Of a DNA stretch of 64,000 nucleotides, positions 46,660 to 56,898 are shown piece after piece (positions within the stretch are counted from its first letter, which is position 1; each line of letters starts with the position of its first letter). The stretch is from the sequence record NC_047885.1. One strand, given 5' to 3'. Made by a program: the position numbers and the translations under genes. This stretch comes from Escherichia phage chee24. The notes beneath the pieces were generated by a model that did not search any database, had not been told where the DNA came from, and worked only from the letters and a program-made list of their open reading frames with translations.

Positions 46660-46938
46660 TTATCTACCAACCATCTTGGCTTGTTCTGCATCGGAAACAT
46701 ATTGATACGCTCCTTTATTATACGCTGGAGCAGTACACATTTTCTTACGCTCAATCTCTTCTTGAGCTTTTCTTTCGCGTTCAGCTAATTCTTCATCCAG
46801 ATAAACTAAACGTTGTTCTGGAGGAGGTGGAAGACGTGTTTCTGGCTCACCAATATTAGCCTTTCTTATTTGACGAGGTGATTGTGCACGTTTTCTCAAC
46901 GGTTTAAATCCTAATGAATTTGAGTTATAAATTCGCAT
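46660..46938 (-). CDS. hypothetical protein (92 aa)
   Basis: ORF. Confidence 0.45.
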   Translation of the reverse strand: MRIYNSNSLGFKPLRKRAQSPRQIRKANIGEPETRLPPPPEQRLVYLDEELAERERKAQEEIERKKMCTAPAYNKGAYQYVSDAEQAKMVGR

Positions 46939-47014
46939 AAAGCCCTCCTCACTTTCAATACGAATATTATACTAAATTAGAGGGCTTTAAGCAAGAAGAT
47001 TTTTAATTTATTTA

Positions 47015-47503
47015 TCACATCTCGGCCATTTCAGCTTCAGTAATAACTGTGTTACACAGTGCATCTACAGCTTCATTACCACTAATACCAGAATGTCCTT
47101 TAACCTTAATAAAGGTAGGATTAGTATTATGAAAGTTGATATACTTCTGTGTTAATTTAAATGCTTCCTGCCAAAGTTCTAGATTAAGAGGAACTTCACC
47201 ATCTGCTTTCTTCCAGCCTTTCCTTTGCCAAGAAAACATCCAACTTTCCATACCATTTTTGCAATAAGCAGAGTCAGTATAGATAATAATTGGTCTATTA
47301 TCTTTTTTAACGGACCAACGTAGAGCTTCTACAATAGCTGTGAGTTCCATCTCATTATTTGTAGTTTTAGGACTATAACCAGATTTAGAGCCTAAACGAT
47401 CATCGTTATCATCATAGACAATAAAGCCCCAAGCACCCGGGCCAGGGTTGGACTTACAAGCACCATCTGTGTAAATGTGGAAAACCGACATTATACCTCC
47501 CAA
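47015..47503 (-). CDS. rnhA: ribonuclease H
   Basis: 162 aa; RNase HI motifs YTDGAC, ELTAI, YTDS, GHSG. Confidence 0.8.
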   Translation of the reverse strand: MGGIMSVFHIYTDGACKSNPGPGAWGFIVYDDNDDRLGSKSGYSPKTTNNEMELTAIVEALRWSVKKDNRPIIIYTDSAYCKNGMESWMFSWQRKGWKKADGEVPLNLELWQEAFKLTQKYINFHNTNPTFIKVKGHSGISGNEAVDALCNTVITEAEMAEM

Positions 47504-47772
47504 CTAATTTTAAGACCCATGTCTACAAAGGCGGCTTCTCGGTAGTATTGTGAGAGATGATACCCCTTATCCGATAAGGTTTTTAGTACCGATTTAGCGG
47601 CTCCTGGCATTTCTCTAGGATTATATAGCCACCTAGCGTAAGGATTATCTCGAATAATTACTTCTGTATTTCCAGACTTAGCAGCTTCTACAATCTTTTC
47701 TTCTATAAACTTTAGAAATGCGGGTACTTCTGTTAATCCTGCAAGTTCTTGGGCTTCTTTGGCTGAAATCAT
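47491..47772 (-). CDS. hypothetical protein (93 aa)
   Basis: ORF. Confidence 0.45.
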   Translation of the reverse strand: MISAKEAQELAGLTEVPAFLKFIEEKIVEAAKSGNTEVIIRDNPYARWLYNPREMPGAAKSVLKTLSDKGYHLSQYYREAAFVDMGLKISWEV

Positions 47773-47865
47773 TGTATACCTCCAATTTATAAAATATATT
47801 ATATTTAAATTTCACTAAATAAGCAAATGAAATTTAAATATAATAGCCCCGAAGGGCTATTTAAG

Positions 47866-48705
47866 TTAAGAGGACATTTTAGCTTTAAGAGCTGGATGAG
47901 GATCGTACCCCTCTAAATGGAATGACCATGCTGCCGTATTATTTTCTAGTAAGTCGTAAAGATCTACAAACTCTGGCATTACTAGAGTTGGCAGAGGGCG
48001 TGGCTTGCGTTTTACCTGTTCTTCTACCTGTTCCATGTGGTCATTATAGATATGAGTATCACCGCCACTAAAGATAAGATAACGAGGTTTTAATCCTGTC
48101 AGTTTTGCTAATATATGCGTTAATAAAGCATAACTAGCAATATTGAAAGGTAAACCGAGGAAACAATCCACAGAGCGTTGTGTCCATTTAAGATCTAGGT
48201 ATCCATCGTTACTTACATAGCACTGGAAGCCATAGTGACACGGTGGTAGTGCCATTTTATCAAGTTCAGCTACGTTCCACGCAGAAACTAGGTGTCTACG
48301 ACCATGTGGATTATTCTTGAGTCCCTCAATGAGTTCTAAAATCTGATCTCGTCCGCCAAAGTTGCGCCATTGTTTACCATATACTGGTCCTAGATTACCA
48401 TTGTCATAACCCATGCTTATAGCTTGGTCTTCATAATTTGGGGTCCAGATAGTCCACTGTCCTTCGTCACGCCCAAATGTGAATATACGCAGATCATGGA
48501 GATTTGTAGACCCAGATAGGAACCATAAGAGTTCTCCAACTACCGATTTCCAAGCTAGACGTTTAGTGGTTACGGCAGGGAATCCCTCACGTAGATCGAA
48601 CTTAGCATAGGAATCAAAAATTGAAACTGTGCCTGTTCCTGTACGGTCATTACGGGGTTCACCTAGTAAAATTACATCTGTCAAAATTTTTAAGTATTGT
48701 TGCAT
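47866..48705 (-). CDS. thyA: thymidylate synthase
   Basis: 279 aa; ThyA N-terminal signature NDRTGTGT and conserved core. Confidence 0.9.
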   Translation of the reverse strand: MQQYLKILTDVILLGEPRNDRTGTGTVSIFDSYAKFDLREGFPAVTTKRLAWKSVVGELLWFLSGSTNLHDLRIFTFGRDEGQWTIWTPNYEDQAISMGYDNGNLGPVYGKQWRNFGGRDQILELIEGLKNNPHGRRHLVSAWNVAELDKMALPPCHYGFQCYVSNDGYLDLKWTQRSVDCFLGLPFNIASYALLTHILAKLTGLKPRYLIFSGGDTHIYNDHMEQVEEQVKRKPRPLPTLVMPEFVDLYDLLENNTAAWSFHLEGYDPHPALKAKMSS

Positions 48706-49238
48706 TAATAAGTAACCAATTCCTGTACAAATCGCAGGCTGTTATCACTGTTTGCGCCAACTGCATAGACTAATCGAGTGGATTCATAGTTATAATCCAG
48801 TATCATACTATCTAGGTATGTATCTGCCTCTAGCTTCTGTTCGCTAAAGATTGTAGATACAAAAGCACTTTCAATATGCCCATGTTGGTACATTTCTAGA
48901 AGAAGATTAGCTCCACCTAGAACTACTGTTTGCTGATCTTTTAGAAAAGTAGGTAATGTATCACCTATCATTGATATGGGAGTGTAAATATCGTGTGTAA
49001 TATCATCTGGCAGTGGACGATCAGCACGAATAAATAGGTCAGAAGCTCCAATCATACGTTCCCTAACGGCGTATGGAAGAGCTAAATAAGTACCTGCCCC
49101 AATAATAATATTATCAGGATTTAGTACATCTAATTGTGAATAAAAAGCATCTAGTTCTTCTTTAAAAGAACCCCAGGGAAGCTTACCTCGGAGGCCGAAC
49201 TCCCCATTCGGCCCAACTGCATACATTGCTGTAATCAT
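48705..49238 (-). CDS. dihydrofolate reductase
   Basis: 177 aa; DHFR-like GKLPW and VLGGANLL motifs; between thyA and nrdB. Confidence 0.7.
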   Translation of the reverse strand: MITAMYAVGPNGEFGLRGKLPWGSFKEELDAFYSQLDVLNPDNIIIGAGTYLALPYAVRERMIGASDLFIRADRPLPDDITHDIYTPISMIGDTLPTFLKDQQTVVLGGANLLLEMYQHGHIESAFVSTIFSEQKLEADTYLDSMILDYNYESTRLVYAVGANSDNSLRFVQELVTY

Positions 49239-50380
49239 AGGAAATCTCCAAATTCATTGCCCAGATCTTTCAGAGTATCAGTAGAGGTCTCAGTTACCTG
49301 ACCTACACGGTAAGCTGCACCAATCTGGATTTCTTGTGGAGCAGGCTGTAGAGAAGTAGTATCCAACCAGTTCATGATCCACGGAATAGGGTTTTTGGTG
49401 ATTACTGGTAAGTGACTAGGCCATTCTACACCAATGTGCATAAATGCGTTACGTCCCACAAAGTACAAGTATTCTTCTAGAAGTTCTGCATTCAAACCAA
49501 TCAGACTACGACCTTTGAAGATGAAATGACCCCATTCAATTTCAGTTTTCAGAGTTTTCAGGAGCTGTGCTGGTGCTTTAGCCACTGCTTCATCTACCAG
49601 ATCTTTGTCAAACTGCTGGAACATAATCTGGATGATTGTTTTAGACATCTGAGTATGTAGGGCTTCATCTTTAGCAATCAATTGCAGATTTTTAGCAATA
49701 CCTTGCAGAATATCGTTCTCTGCTAACGCAAAGGTACATGCAAAGGATGCGTAGAACTGCATTGCTTCCAGACCGTAGATTGCAAAATAAGCATCTAACA
49801 GTTTAGCCTGAGTTTCACGCTTAACTTCAGGGAACTCAGTTTCTGGATATGTATTGTCACCACGATGATCACGTACTGCAATGAAATACTGACCTAACTG
49901 GTACAGTTCATCAAACAGTTCAACAGAATCTGCGATACGTGCAAATGCTTCTTGGTTTTTAGTTACAGAATCAATAAATTCTGCCGGATCAGTCAGCACA
50001 TTACGGATAATGTTGCTATACGCACGGCTATGCAGGTCTTCGAAGTAGCTCCACTGTTTTAGCATTCCTTCCAGTTCAGGGCGGCTTACAAGCGGCATAA
50101 TAGCTGCTTCAGGCGCTCGACTGATAAAGGAATCAGTTTGAGTCTGCCATGCTAAGTTCAGGAGTGTAATTTCCTGAATTTCACGTGGGAGGTTAGGCCA
50201 TTGTTTCTTATCTGCTTCCAGACTGATTTCAGTTTCAGTCCAAAATTGAGAGCGTTGCAGAAGTGCCAGACGCTCTAATTCTGGATGTGCTACACGTACA
50301 TAATCTGCGATACCTAGAGAATCGCCCAGGAAAAGATCAGCGTTAGTATGATCCCAATTCAGGTTTAGTAAAGTAGTCAT
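49235..50380 (-). CDS. nrdB: ribonucleotide reductase class Ia small subunit
   Basis: 381 aa; ferritin-like R2 fold; adjacent to nrdA. Confidence 0.85.
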   Translation of the reverse strand: MTTLLNLNWDHTNADLFLGDSLGIADYVRVAHPELERLALLQRSQFWTETEISLEADKKQWPNLPREIQEITLLNLAWQTQTDSFISRAPEAAIMPLVSRPELEGMLKQWSYFEDLHSRAYSNIIRNVLTDPAEFIDSVTKNQEAFARIADSVELFDELYQLGQYFIAVRDHRGDNTYPETEFPEVKRETQAKLLDAYFAIYGLEAMQFYASFACTFALAENDILQGIAKNLQLIAKDEALHTQMSKTIIQIMFQQFDKDLVDEAVAKAPAQLLKTLKTEIEWGHFIFKGRSLIGLNAELLEEYLYFVGRNAFMHIGVEWPSHLPVITKNPIPWIMNWLDTTSLQPAPQEIQIGAAYRVGQVTETSTDTLKDLGNEFGDFL

Positions 50381-50487
50381 TGATTTTCCTCTTTCTCACT
50401 ATTTCAGGAATATTATAGCAAATCAGGTAGCGATTAGCAAGTAAAATTTCAAAGAAAAAGGAGACCCGAAGATCTCCTTGTTTTTTA

Positions 50488-52818
50488 TTATAACTGGCAA
50501 CCACCAGAAGCACAACCCGCTGCTTCTTCACCAGCTCCTCCACCATTCGCAGTGTTAAAGTTAGCATAATACCAAGTTTTTATACCGTACTTAACAGCAG
50601 TCATGAAATCACGAACTACTACTGGGCCAGGGATGATTTCATTCTCGAATTTAGAGTAATCATAATACATCTGGAAACTTGATGACTGATTCAAGAATTT
50701 TTGGTAAACGGCGTTCCACTTGATCCACTCAGTGCGATCAATATCATAGGCCAGTTTATAGCTCATGAGAGTATCCCAATCGGTTGCACCTGGAGCAATT
50801 GCAATTACTTTATTCACTGCACTACCCTTGATAGATACAATCTTACGAGGTGGCTCAATTGAGTTGGTAACACCCAATAGTACAGAAGAGCTTTCTCCCG
50901 GCATCTGCGCAGTCAGAACAGAGTTACGCATACCGTATTTCAGAATATCTGCACGCAGAGATTCCCAGTCCATTTCTAGACCTACGGATACCAGTTCATC
51001 AACAGTTTTCTTGTACGTGTCGATTACCAGAGTTCCTTTAGATGGTTTAGTACGATCGAACCATTCACATGCACCTTGCTCTTTGGCTAGACGTACAGAG
51101 GCTTTATGCAGGAAGTAAGACAGTTTTTCAGCCTCACGATGAATCCAGTTACGTGCTTCAACACCTTCGTAGGCCAAACCTTCCGCCGCCATTGCACCTG
51201 CTGCGTTCATCAGACCAATACCAACATTACGACGTTTCTTAGCCGTATATTCCATAGTTGGGAACGGATAATCCTGAATTTCAATGATGGTATCAACGAA
51301 TTTCAGAAGAATATAGCAAGTCTTTTCCCACTCAGCCAGAGATTCCATGCGTCCTAGTACAACACCACCTAAGTTACACAGAGATACTTCCCCAATATCC
51401 TCCGGCTTCATTTGATCAAGTTGTTCTTTTGTTTTATACAGCTCTGTAATGTGGTGGAATGGGCGTGTAGGCTGAGTAATTTCAACACAAAGGTTTGTCA
51501 TACGGATTGGATCAAGGAAGTTACCGTGACGATTAGATTCCCCGATGTGGTGCGCATACATACGTCCTGTTTCCATTCGGATACGTAGCCAGGTATCTAG
51601 GATTTCTTTTGCAGAGACTTTAGGAGCTGCTGGAACTGTTTTTCCTTCGTGGTCGATCTTTGTAAGAGATGCCACACGTTTCTCCGCTGCCACATAAATT
51701 TCTTCAAATTTAGCCTCGTCATCACTATAAAACGCTTCATGAACTTCTGGAGCATAGAAGTATGACATTAGCGTAATATCTTCATTTTTCAGATAACGTT
51801 TTAACAAAAGATTGTTGAAGCTCAGAGAATAATCCATCTTATCGATTTTATTCTCGTCTGTAGCACGTTGTTGCTTAACCTGCATCAACTGGATGATTTC
51901 AGGGTCAAAGTAAGGATAGGATACAGTAGCAGAACCACCACGAGTTTGCTGAGTATTAGCCTTTACTGATCGGTCAATGTGTCGATAATATGGCAGTTTT
52001 CCGGAATGCGGGAATGCCCCATTTCGCACCGGATCAGCAATTGATCGGCTTTCAAGATGATACCCGATTCCCGCTCTGGCTGCGACCATTTTAAAAACGA
52101 TGTGCTCGGCTGTGTCGATTGAATCCAATGTGTCAGTGGAATCAACGAGGCAACAACTAGCAAATCCACGATCACTAGAGCGCAAGCCAACCAATGGCGG
52201 CGTAGGAACGTTGATCTTGTGGAGCGACATTGCATTGTAGAGATCGATTGCATCTAGAATTGTCCAGTTAGGTTGAGATAACATCGCCATTGCCATACCC
52301 ATATAGGCGAATTGCGGAGTTTCGTAAATTTCTCCAGTTGCTATATTACGGCGAGAATACTTATCAAAGAATTGTTTCAGTCCTCCACTAGTGAAAAGAC
52401 GGTCACGATCATGGTCAATAACCTGATTCAAAGCCTCAAACTGCTCATCGGTAATCCATGCACTCATGTCTTCCCATGCACCTACACTAACCATATGATC
52501 ATGGAAGAAGCGTAGAGAAGGTGGTTCAAAGGAATCATAAAGGCGTTTACGCATCTGCGCAAGACGTAATTCCTTTGCTGGCACGTCGTATGCTGGATTA
52601 TCTTTGATAAGACTTTCAGCAGCCTTAATTAAAGCATCCATCAGAGTGTCGGAATCTACAACCCCTTTGGGCAGAGTTTTTTGAGCAGCCATAGTAATGG
52701 CTGACCAACTTACATCAACTGTTTTGCAACCATACTCCGCCCAACCATTGAGTTTTTCAGGAGCAAAGTCTTCTACAGTACCGTCACGTTTAATTACTTT
52801 TTCAATGCGATGGCTCAT
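50488..52818 (-). CDS. nrdA: ribonucleotide reductase class Ia large subunit
   Basis: Start at internal ATG (MSHRIEKVIKRDG, ATP-cone) with AAGGAAA RBS; track ORF extends to 52923; C-terminal Cys pair. Confidence 0.9.
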   Translation of the reverse strand: MSHRIEKVIKRDGTVEDFAPEKLNGWAEYGCKTVDVSWSAITMAAQKTLPKGVVDSDTLMDALIKAAESLIKDNPAYDVPAKELRLAQMRKRLYDSFEPPSLRFFHDHMVSVGAWEDMSAWITDEQFEALNQVIDHDRDRLFTSGGLKQFFDKYSRRNIATGEIYETPQFAYMGMAMAMLSQPNWTILDAIDLYNAMSLHKINVPTPPLVGLRSSDRGFASCCLVDSTDTLDSIDTAEHIVFKMVAARAGIGYHLESRSIADPVRNGAFPHSGKLPYYRHIDRSVKANTQQTRGGSATVSYPYFDPEIIQLMQVKQQRATDENKIDKMDYSLSFNNLLLKRYLKNEDITLMSYFYAPEVHEAFYSDDEAKFEEIYVAAEKRVASLTKIDHEGKTVPAAPKVSAKEILDTWLRIRMETGRMYAHHIGESNRHGNFLDPIRMTNLCVEITQPTRPFHHITELYKTKEQLDQMKPEDIGEVSLCNLGGVVLGRMESLAEWEKTCYILLKFVDTIIEIQDYPFPTMEYTAKKRRNVGIGLMNAAGAMAAEGLAYEGVEARNWIHREAEKLSYFLHKASVRLAKEQGACEWFDRTKPSKGTLVIDTYKKTVDELVSVGLEMDWESLRADILKYGMRNSVLTAQMPGESSSVLLGVTNSIEPPRKIVSIKGSAVNKVIAIAPGATDWDTLMSYKLAYDIDRTEWIKWNAVYQKFLNQSSSFQMYYDYSKFENEIIPGPVVVRDFMTAVKYGIKTWYYANFNTANGGGAGEEAAGCASGGCQL

Positions 52819-53161
52819 TTGGCTTTCCTTTTTATGGTTATCAGGATTTAAGGAATATTCTACTTTATTATTGGTCATTAGGCAAATAAAATTTTCTGAT
52901 AGAAAAGGCCCGAGTATTTTCATACCCAGGCCTTCTGTGTTGTCAGTCTAGTTTTTGGCCACTTAAGTTCTCAGCAGAATATCTATTGAGGTACTTAGTT
53001 CATTATAATTGAAGGGCCGATTTGGATTTGAGGTTACAATTTTCCACGCTAGGGTAGTCTTAGGACTTTCTTCCCCTTCCTTACGTGTAATCATATTAGC
53101 AGCACTCAGTGAAGTACGATGTATTTTAGTTTTACGGTGTAGATGTACAACGTCTCCCATA

Positions 53162-53923
53162 TTACACCTTCCCCATGTCTTTAAAAATATCGTAGAATGC
53201 TTTAGACTCAACAGAACGAACGTTATCAATCAATTCGATCATTGAGAATGGAGCATTTTCATATTTCTCATAAACTTCCATAAGAAGTGCTAGACCTGAG
53301 TCACCTTTAATGTCTTTCTGAGCTATATCCCCGCAGATAATTAAACGGCAGTCTTGTCCTACACGAGTTAGGAGACAAATCATTGCCTCAACGGAAATAT
53401 TCTGAGCTTCATCGACAATTACATAGGAGTTGTTGAAAGTTCTGCCACGAGCATGTTCTATAGCCAAAAATTTAATTTTCTGACGTTCGACATACCCCTT
53501 ATAGGCATGATCACCGATGGCCCATTTCATACCATCAGCTATTGGCTCTAACCAAGGCTCTAGCTTTTCTGCTAGATCACCAGGAAGCATACCAAGAGAC
53601 TTACCTAGAGGTTCATTAGGACGTACGAGGATCACTTGCTCAATATCTGAGTGAATGTCTACGAGTTCCTGAGCTGCAAGAACAGACGGGATAAAGGTTT
53701 TACCAGTACCTGGCTCACCAATACCCACAGTCACTGTGTTGTTCTTGATCATATTGATATATGATTTTTGCTCTCGGTTTTTACCTACTAGGGATTTAGC
53801 AACTGGGTTAGCGTAATCATTAGAAAAATCAGCCTGAATTACGTTATTCTCATATTTGTTGCCACGCTTTCTTGAACCATTGCGGTTCTCTCTTTTTTGA
53901 CGTGCTTTTCCCATAAATAACAC
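53162..53923 (-). CDS. phoH: PhoH-like ATPase
   Basis: 253 aa; Walker A GEPGTGKT and PhoH-like core. Confidence 0.8.
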   Translation of the reverse strand: MLFMGKARQKRENRNGSRKRGNKYENNVIQADFSNDYANPVAKSLVGKNREQKSYINMIKNNTVTVGIGEPGTGKTFIPSVLAAQELVDIHSDIEQVILVRPNEPLGKSLGMLPGDLAEKLEPWLEPIADGMKWAIGDHAYKGYVERQKIKFLAIEHARGRTFNNSYVIVDEAQNISVEAMICLLTRVGQDCRLIICGDIAQKDIKGDSGLALLMEVYEKYENAPFSMIELIDNVRSVESKAFYDIFKDMGKV

Positions 53924-54226
53924 TCCTATAGTGTACTTCGCTAACAGAGGATCAACAAAAAGATCTTGTTTATCAACTTACAAATATATTATACCAGTAT
54001 ATGCAGTAAAAAGCAACTACAATTTTAAATAAGCCTATGATATTGCATTTAAATAAAAAATTTGCTTGCTTTTAACGGGAAATGTATGGTATTAGATAAT
54101 CATTTTATACCGCGTACATAGGCGCGTGATTATACTATTTTAAGTACAAAATAGCAAATAAATTTTTTAACAATTTGCTAACCTTTTAGCACAGATCAAA
54201 ATACAATATCTAAGAGAAAAATTATA

Positions 54227-54255
54227 TTGACATTTGCCCTTGAATAAGCTATAAT
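54227..54255 (+). promoter_or_regulatory. consensus sigma70 promoter (TTGACA-N17-TATAAT) for nrdD
   Basis: Perfect -35 and -10 hexamers with 17-nt spacer, about 30 nt upstream of nrdD ATG. Confidence 0.75.
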
Positions 54256-54284
54256 AGTAGTCTTAGTTAGAGAAGGAGAGTATA

Positions 54285-56159
54285 ATGAATCGTAATGAAG
54301 AACTAAAGTATAAAGAAATGCAGGCGTTAATTAGAAACTGCAAAGAGATTATCGAAGGATCAGCAGATGAAGAGCTGCTGTTTAATAATGCCAATAAACC
54401 CTCAGAACGTTTCCCTACACAAAGGGATATGCTTGCAGGTGAATTGAGTAAGTATCTGATTCTAGAAGAAATGCCAATTCAGATTCGAAATGCTCATATG
54501 ATTGGGGATATTCATTTCCATGATGCTGATTATGCCGCGTTAGGCATGACTAACTGTTGTCTGGTAGCTCTGGAAGATATGTTGAAGAATGGTATGAAGG
54601 TTGGTAATGCTGAAATTAGCACTCCAAACTCTATCACTACTGCTGCTGCTATTACAGCTCAGATTATCACACAGGTTAGCTCCCATCAGTATGGTGGTAC
54701 TTCTGTAGACCGATTAGATGAAGTATTAGCCCCTTATGTTCGTAAGTCCTATGATAAAAATCATGCGTTTGCAAAACGTTGGACTAAGGATGAAGCCAAA
54801 GCATCCGTAATGGCTACGGAGATGACTGAAAAAGAAGTCTATGACGCTTGTCAGGGTTTAGAATATGAAATCAATACCATGTTCAACTCTAATGGTCAGA
54901 GTCCATTTATTACCTTTGGTTTTGGTCTAGGAACTTCTTGGGAAGCACGTCTAGTACAGAGGGCAATACTGAAAGTACGCATGGATGGTTTAGGTATCAA
55001 TAAACGTACAGCTATCTTTCCTAAACTGGTATTTGTACTTCGTGATGGCGTAAATATGAAACCAGGAGATGTTAATTATGACATCAAGAAGTTAGCTATG
55101 AAATGTACTGCTGAACGTATGTATCCAGATTATATCAGCTATGACAAAGTTGTAGAAGTTACTGGAGACTACAAAGTTTCTATGGGCTGCCGTTCATTCC
55201 TAGCTGCTGCAGAAGATGGTGAAACTGCTGGCCGTAATAACTTAGGTGTTGTTTCTGTAAACTTGCCTAGAATTGCTATCGAAGCTGAAGGAAATATTGA
55301 TCTATTCTTTGATTTGCTTGAGCTACGTGTGGATACAGCGTTAAAAGCATTGGAGTGGAGAGTTGATCGCTTAAAATACATCCAAGCTAAAGCTGCACCC
55401 ATCCTCTATATGTCAGGAGCCTTTGGGTTACGCTTGGAGCCTGATGAATATGTATTTGATCATTTTTATAACCGTGCTTCTGTATCTCTGGGGTATATTG
55501 GTTGCCATGAAATGCTACAGTTCATGTTTGGCAAAGATGTAGACACAATGTCCGAGACCTGCATCAAGTTTGTTCAGCGTGTATTGCAGTACATGCGGGA
55601 TAGAGTCGATCAGAAGAAGGAAGAAACTAAGTTAGGTTATAGCCTGTATGCTACACCATCAGAATCCCTATGTGACCGTTTTTGTCGTCTAGACCGTGAA
55701 TATTTCCCGGAGCATGAAGATATTCTGTCCAAAGGATACTACACTAACTCTCACCACCTTGATGTGGAACGTAAAGTTGCTCCTAACGTGAAATTTGATT
55801 ATGAATCTAATTTTACTCCAATTGCATCTGGTGGGTGTATTTCCTACGTGGAATTACCAGACATGAAACGATTCCCGGATGCACTGGAATGGGTTATTAA
55901 CTATGCTGCTAGTAAGGTTCATTACTTTGGTATTAATACTCCAGTGGATTCTTGTGGTAAATGTGGATTCTTGGGTGAGACAGTAGCATCCGAAGATGGA
56001 TTTAAGTGCCCTATCTGTGGTAATCATGACCCTGAAACTCTTGAAGTAACTCGTCGAGTTTGTGGGTATCTTGGAAATCCAGGCGCTCGTCCGTTTAACC
56101 CAGGCAAACAACATGAGGTTATGGGCAGGGTGAAACATCAGGATATTCGAGCTAAATAA
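54285..56159 (+). CDS. nrdD: anaerobic ribonucleoside-triphosphate reductase (class III)
   Basis: 624 aa; C-terminal Cys cluster and glycyl-radical motif RRVCGY; consensus promoter and RBS upstream. Confidence 0.85.
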   Translation: MNRNEELKYKEMQALIRNCKEIIEGSADEELLFNNANKPSERFPTQRDMLAGELSKYLILEEMPIQIRNAHMIGDIHFHDADYAALGMTNCCLVALEDMLKNGMKVGNAEISTPNSITTAAAITAQIITQVSSHQYGGTSVDRLDEVLAPYVRKSYDKNHAFAKRWTKDEAKASVMATEMTEKEVYDACQGLEYEINTMFNSNGQSPFITFGFGLGTSWEARLVQRAILKVRMDGLGINKRTAIFPKLVFVLRDGVNMKPGDVNYDIKKLAMKCTAERMYPDYISYDKVVEVTGDYKVSMGCRSFLAAAEDGETAGRNNLGVVSVNLPRIAIEAEGNIDLFFDLLELRVDTALKALEWRVDRLKYIQAKAAPILYMSGAFGLRLEPDEYVFDHFYNRASVSLGYIGCHEMLQFMFGKDVDTMSETCIKFVQRVLQYMRDRVDQKKEETKLGYSLYATPSESLCDRFCRLDREYFPEHEDILSKGYYTNSHHLDVERKVAPNVKFDYESNFTPIASGGCISYVELPDMKRFPDALEWVINYAASKVHYFGINTPVDSCGKCGFLGETVASEDGFKCPICGNHDPETLEVTRRVCGYLGNPGARPFNPGKQHEVMGRVKHQDIRAK

Positions 56160-56166
56160 GCTAATC

Positions 56167-56200
56167 AGCCGGGTTGCTAGTCGACCTGGCTTTTATTTTA
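56167..56200 (+). terminator. rho-independent terminator after nrdD
   Basis: Hairpin AGCCGGG..CCTGGCT followed by TTTTATTTTA. Confidence 0.55.
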
Positions 56201-56201
56201 T

Positions 56202-56230
56202 TTGCTTTCAGCTAAAAATATATGTATAAT
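56202..56230 (+). promoter_or_regulatory. sigma70 promoter (TTGCTT-N17-TATAAT)
   Basis: Upstream of 56258 ORF; preceded by A/T tract. Confidence 0.6.
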
Positions 56231-56257
56231 AGATTTATAAATTTGAGAGGAGGGTAT

Positions 56258-56617
56258 ATGGAACTAAAACCATTTATTGTTGTATCTAAGTTAGGACATT
56301 ATCACTTAGGAGTAGATACTATTCAGGAAGCTATTTTTGCTGCTACAGGTGATTACTCATTACTAGAAGGTATTGGATATCCTACATTACTAGGTGACTT
56401 TGTAGAGCAAGAATTAGATATTACTGTCTATAATCCTATATATGAAGAACCTGAAGACTTAAAAGAGACTCTAGAATTTGTATATTGGAACCACTTACAA
56501 GTATTTAATGTTACCACCAATGGCACAGAGGATTTCTCTTCTGCTATTAAATATCATATTAAGCAAGTTTACTACGATTACTTCTATGAGGATATTGGAG
56601 CGGAGCTAAAAGTATGA
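56258..56617 (+). CDS. hypothetical acidic protein (119 aa)
   Basis: ATG (MELKPF) with GAGAGGAGGG RBS inside track ORF 56222-56617; promoter at 56202-56230. Confidence 0.55.
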   Translation: MELKPFIVVSKLGHYHLGVDTIQEAIFAATGDYSLLEGIGYPTLLGDFVEQELDITVYNPIYEEPEDLKETLEFVYWNHLQVFNVTTNGTEDFSSAIKYHIKQVYYDYFYEDIGAELKV

Positions 56618-56844
56618 AAAACGTAAAACATCTTAAATATCGCTTAATCTATAACGGACGTATGGAAACTGAAGAGCTAGCTCAATTAGCTATTAACTCT
56701 AATGAGGTTATGGTGCGTGCGCTGGCAATTGAAAAGTTGCGGGCTTCTTATGAAAGCCGTATTATGCGGCTGGAGGAAACCCTTTATGGACTTCTTGAAT
56801 CAGAAGCTAAAAGCAACCCAGAGGACAGGCCTACTAAGCAATAG
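56614..56844 (+). CDS. hypothetical protein (76 aa)
   Basis: ORF overlapping upstream stop by 4 nt. Confidence 0.45.
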   Translation: MKNVKHLKYRLIYNGRMETEELAQLAINSNEVMVRALAIEKLRASYESRIMRLEETLYGLLESEAKSNPEDRPTKQ

Positions 56845-56898
56845 AAGGTATGCATATAGGGAATAATTTTACTCCCAAAACATTATCGAAGGATTTAA

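Noticed and set aside
50765-52515. Plus-strand ORFs inside nrdA (50765-51118, 51106-51357, 52312-52515) and minus ORF 51963-52253
   Set aside because: Embedded within or antisense to a highly conserved RNR large subunit gene.
52963-53229. 88-aa minus ORF between nrdA and phoH
   Set aside because: Overlaps the phoH 3' end in another frame and has no RBS; the region looks like a promoter or leader.
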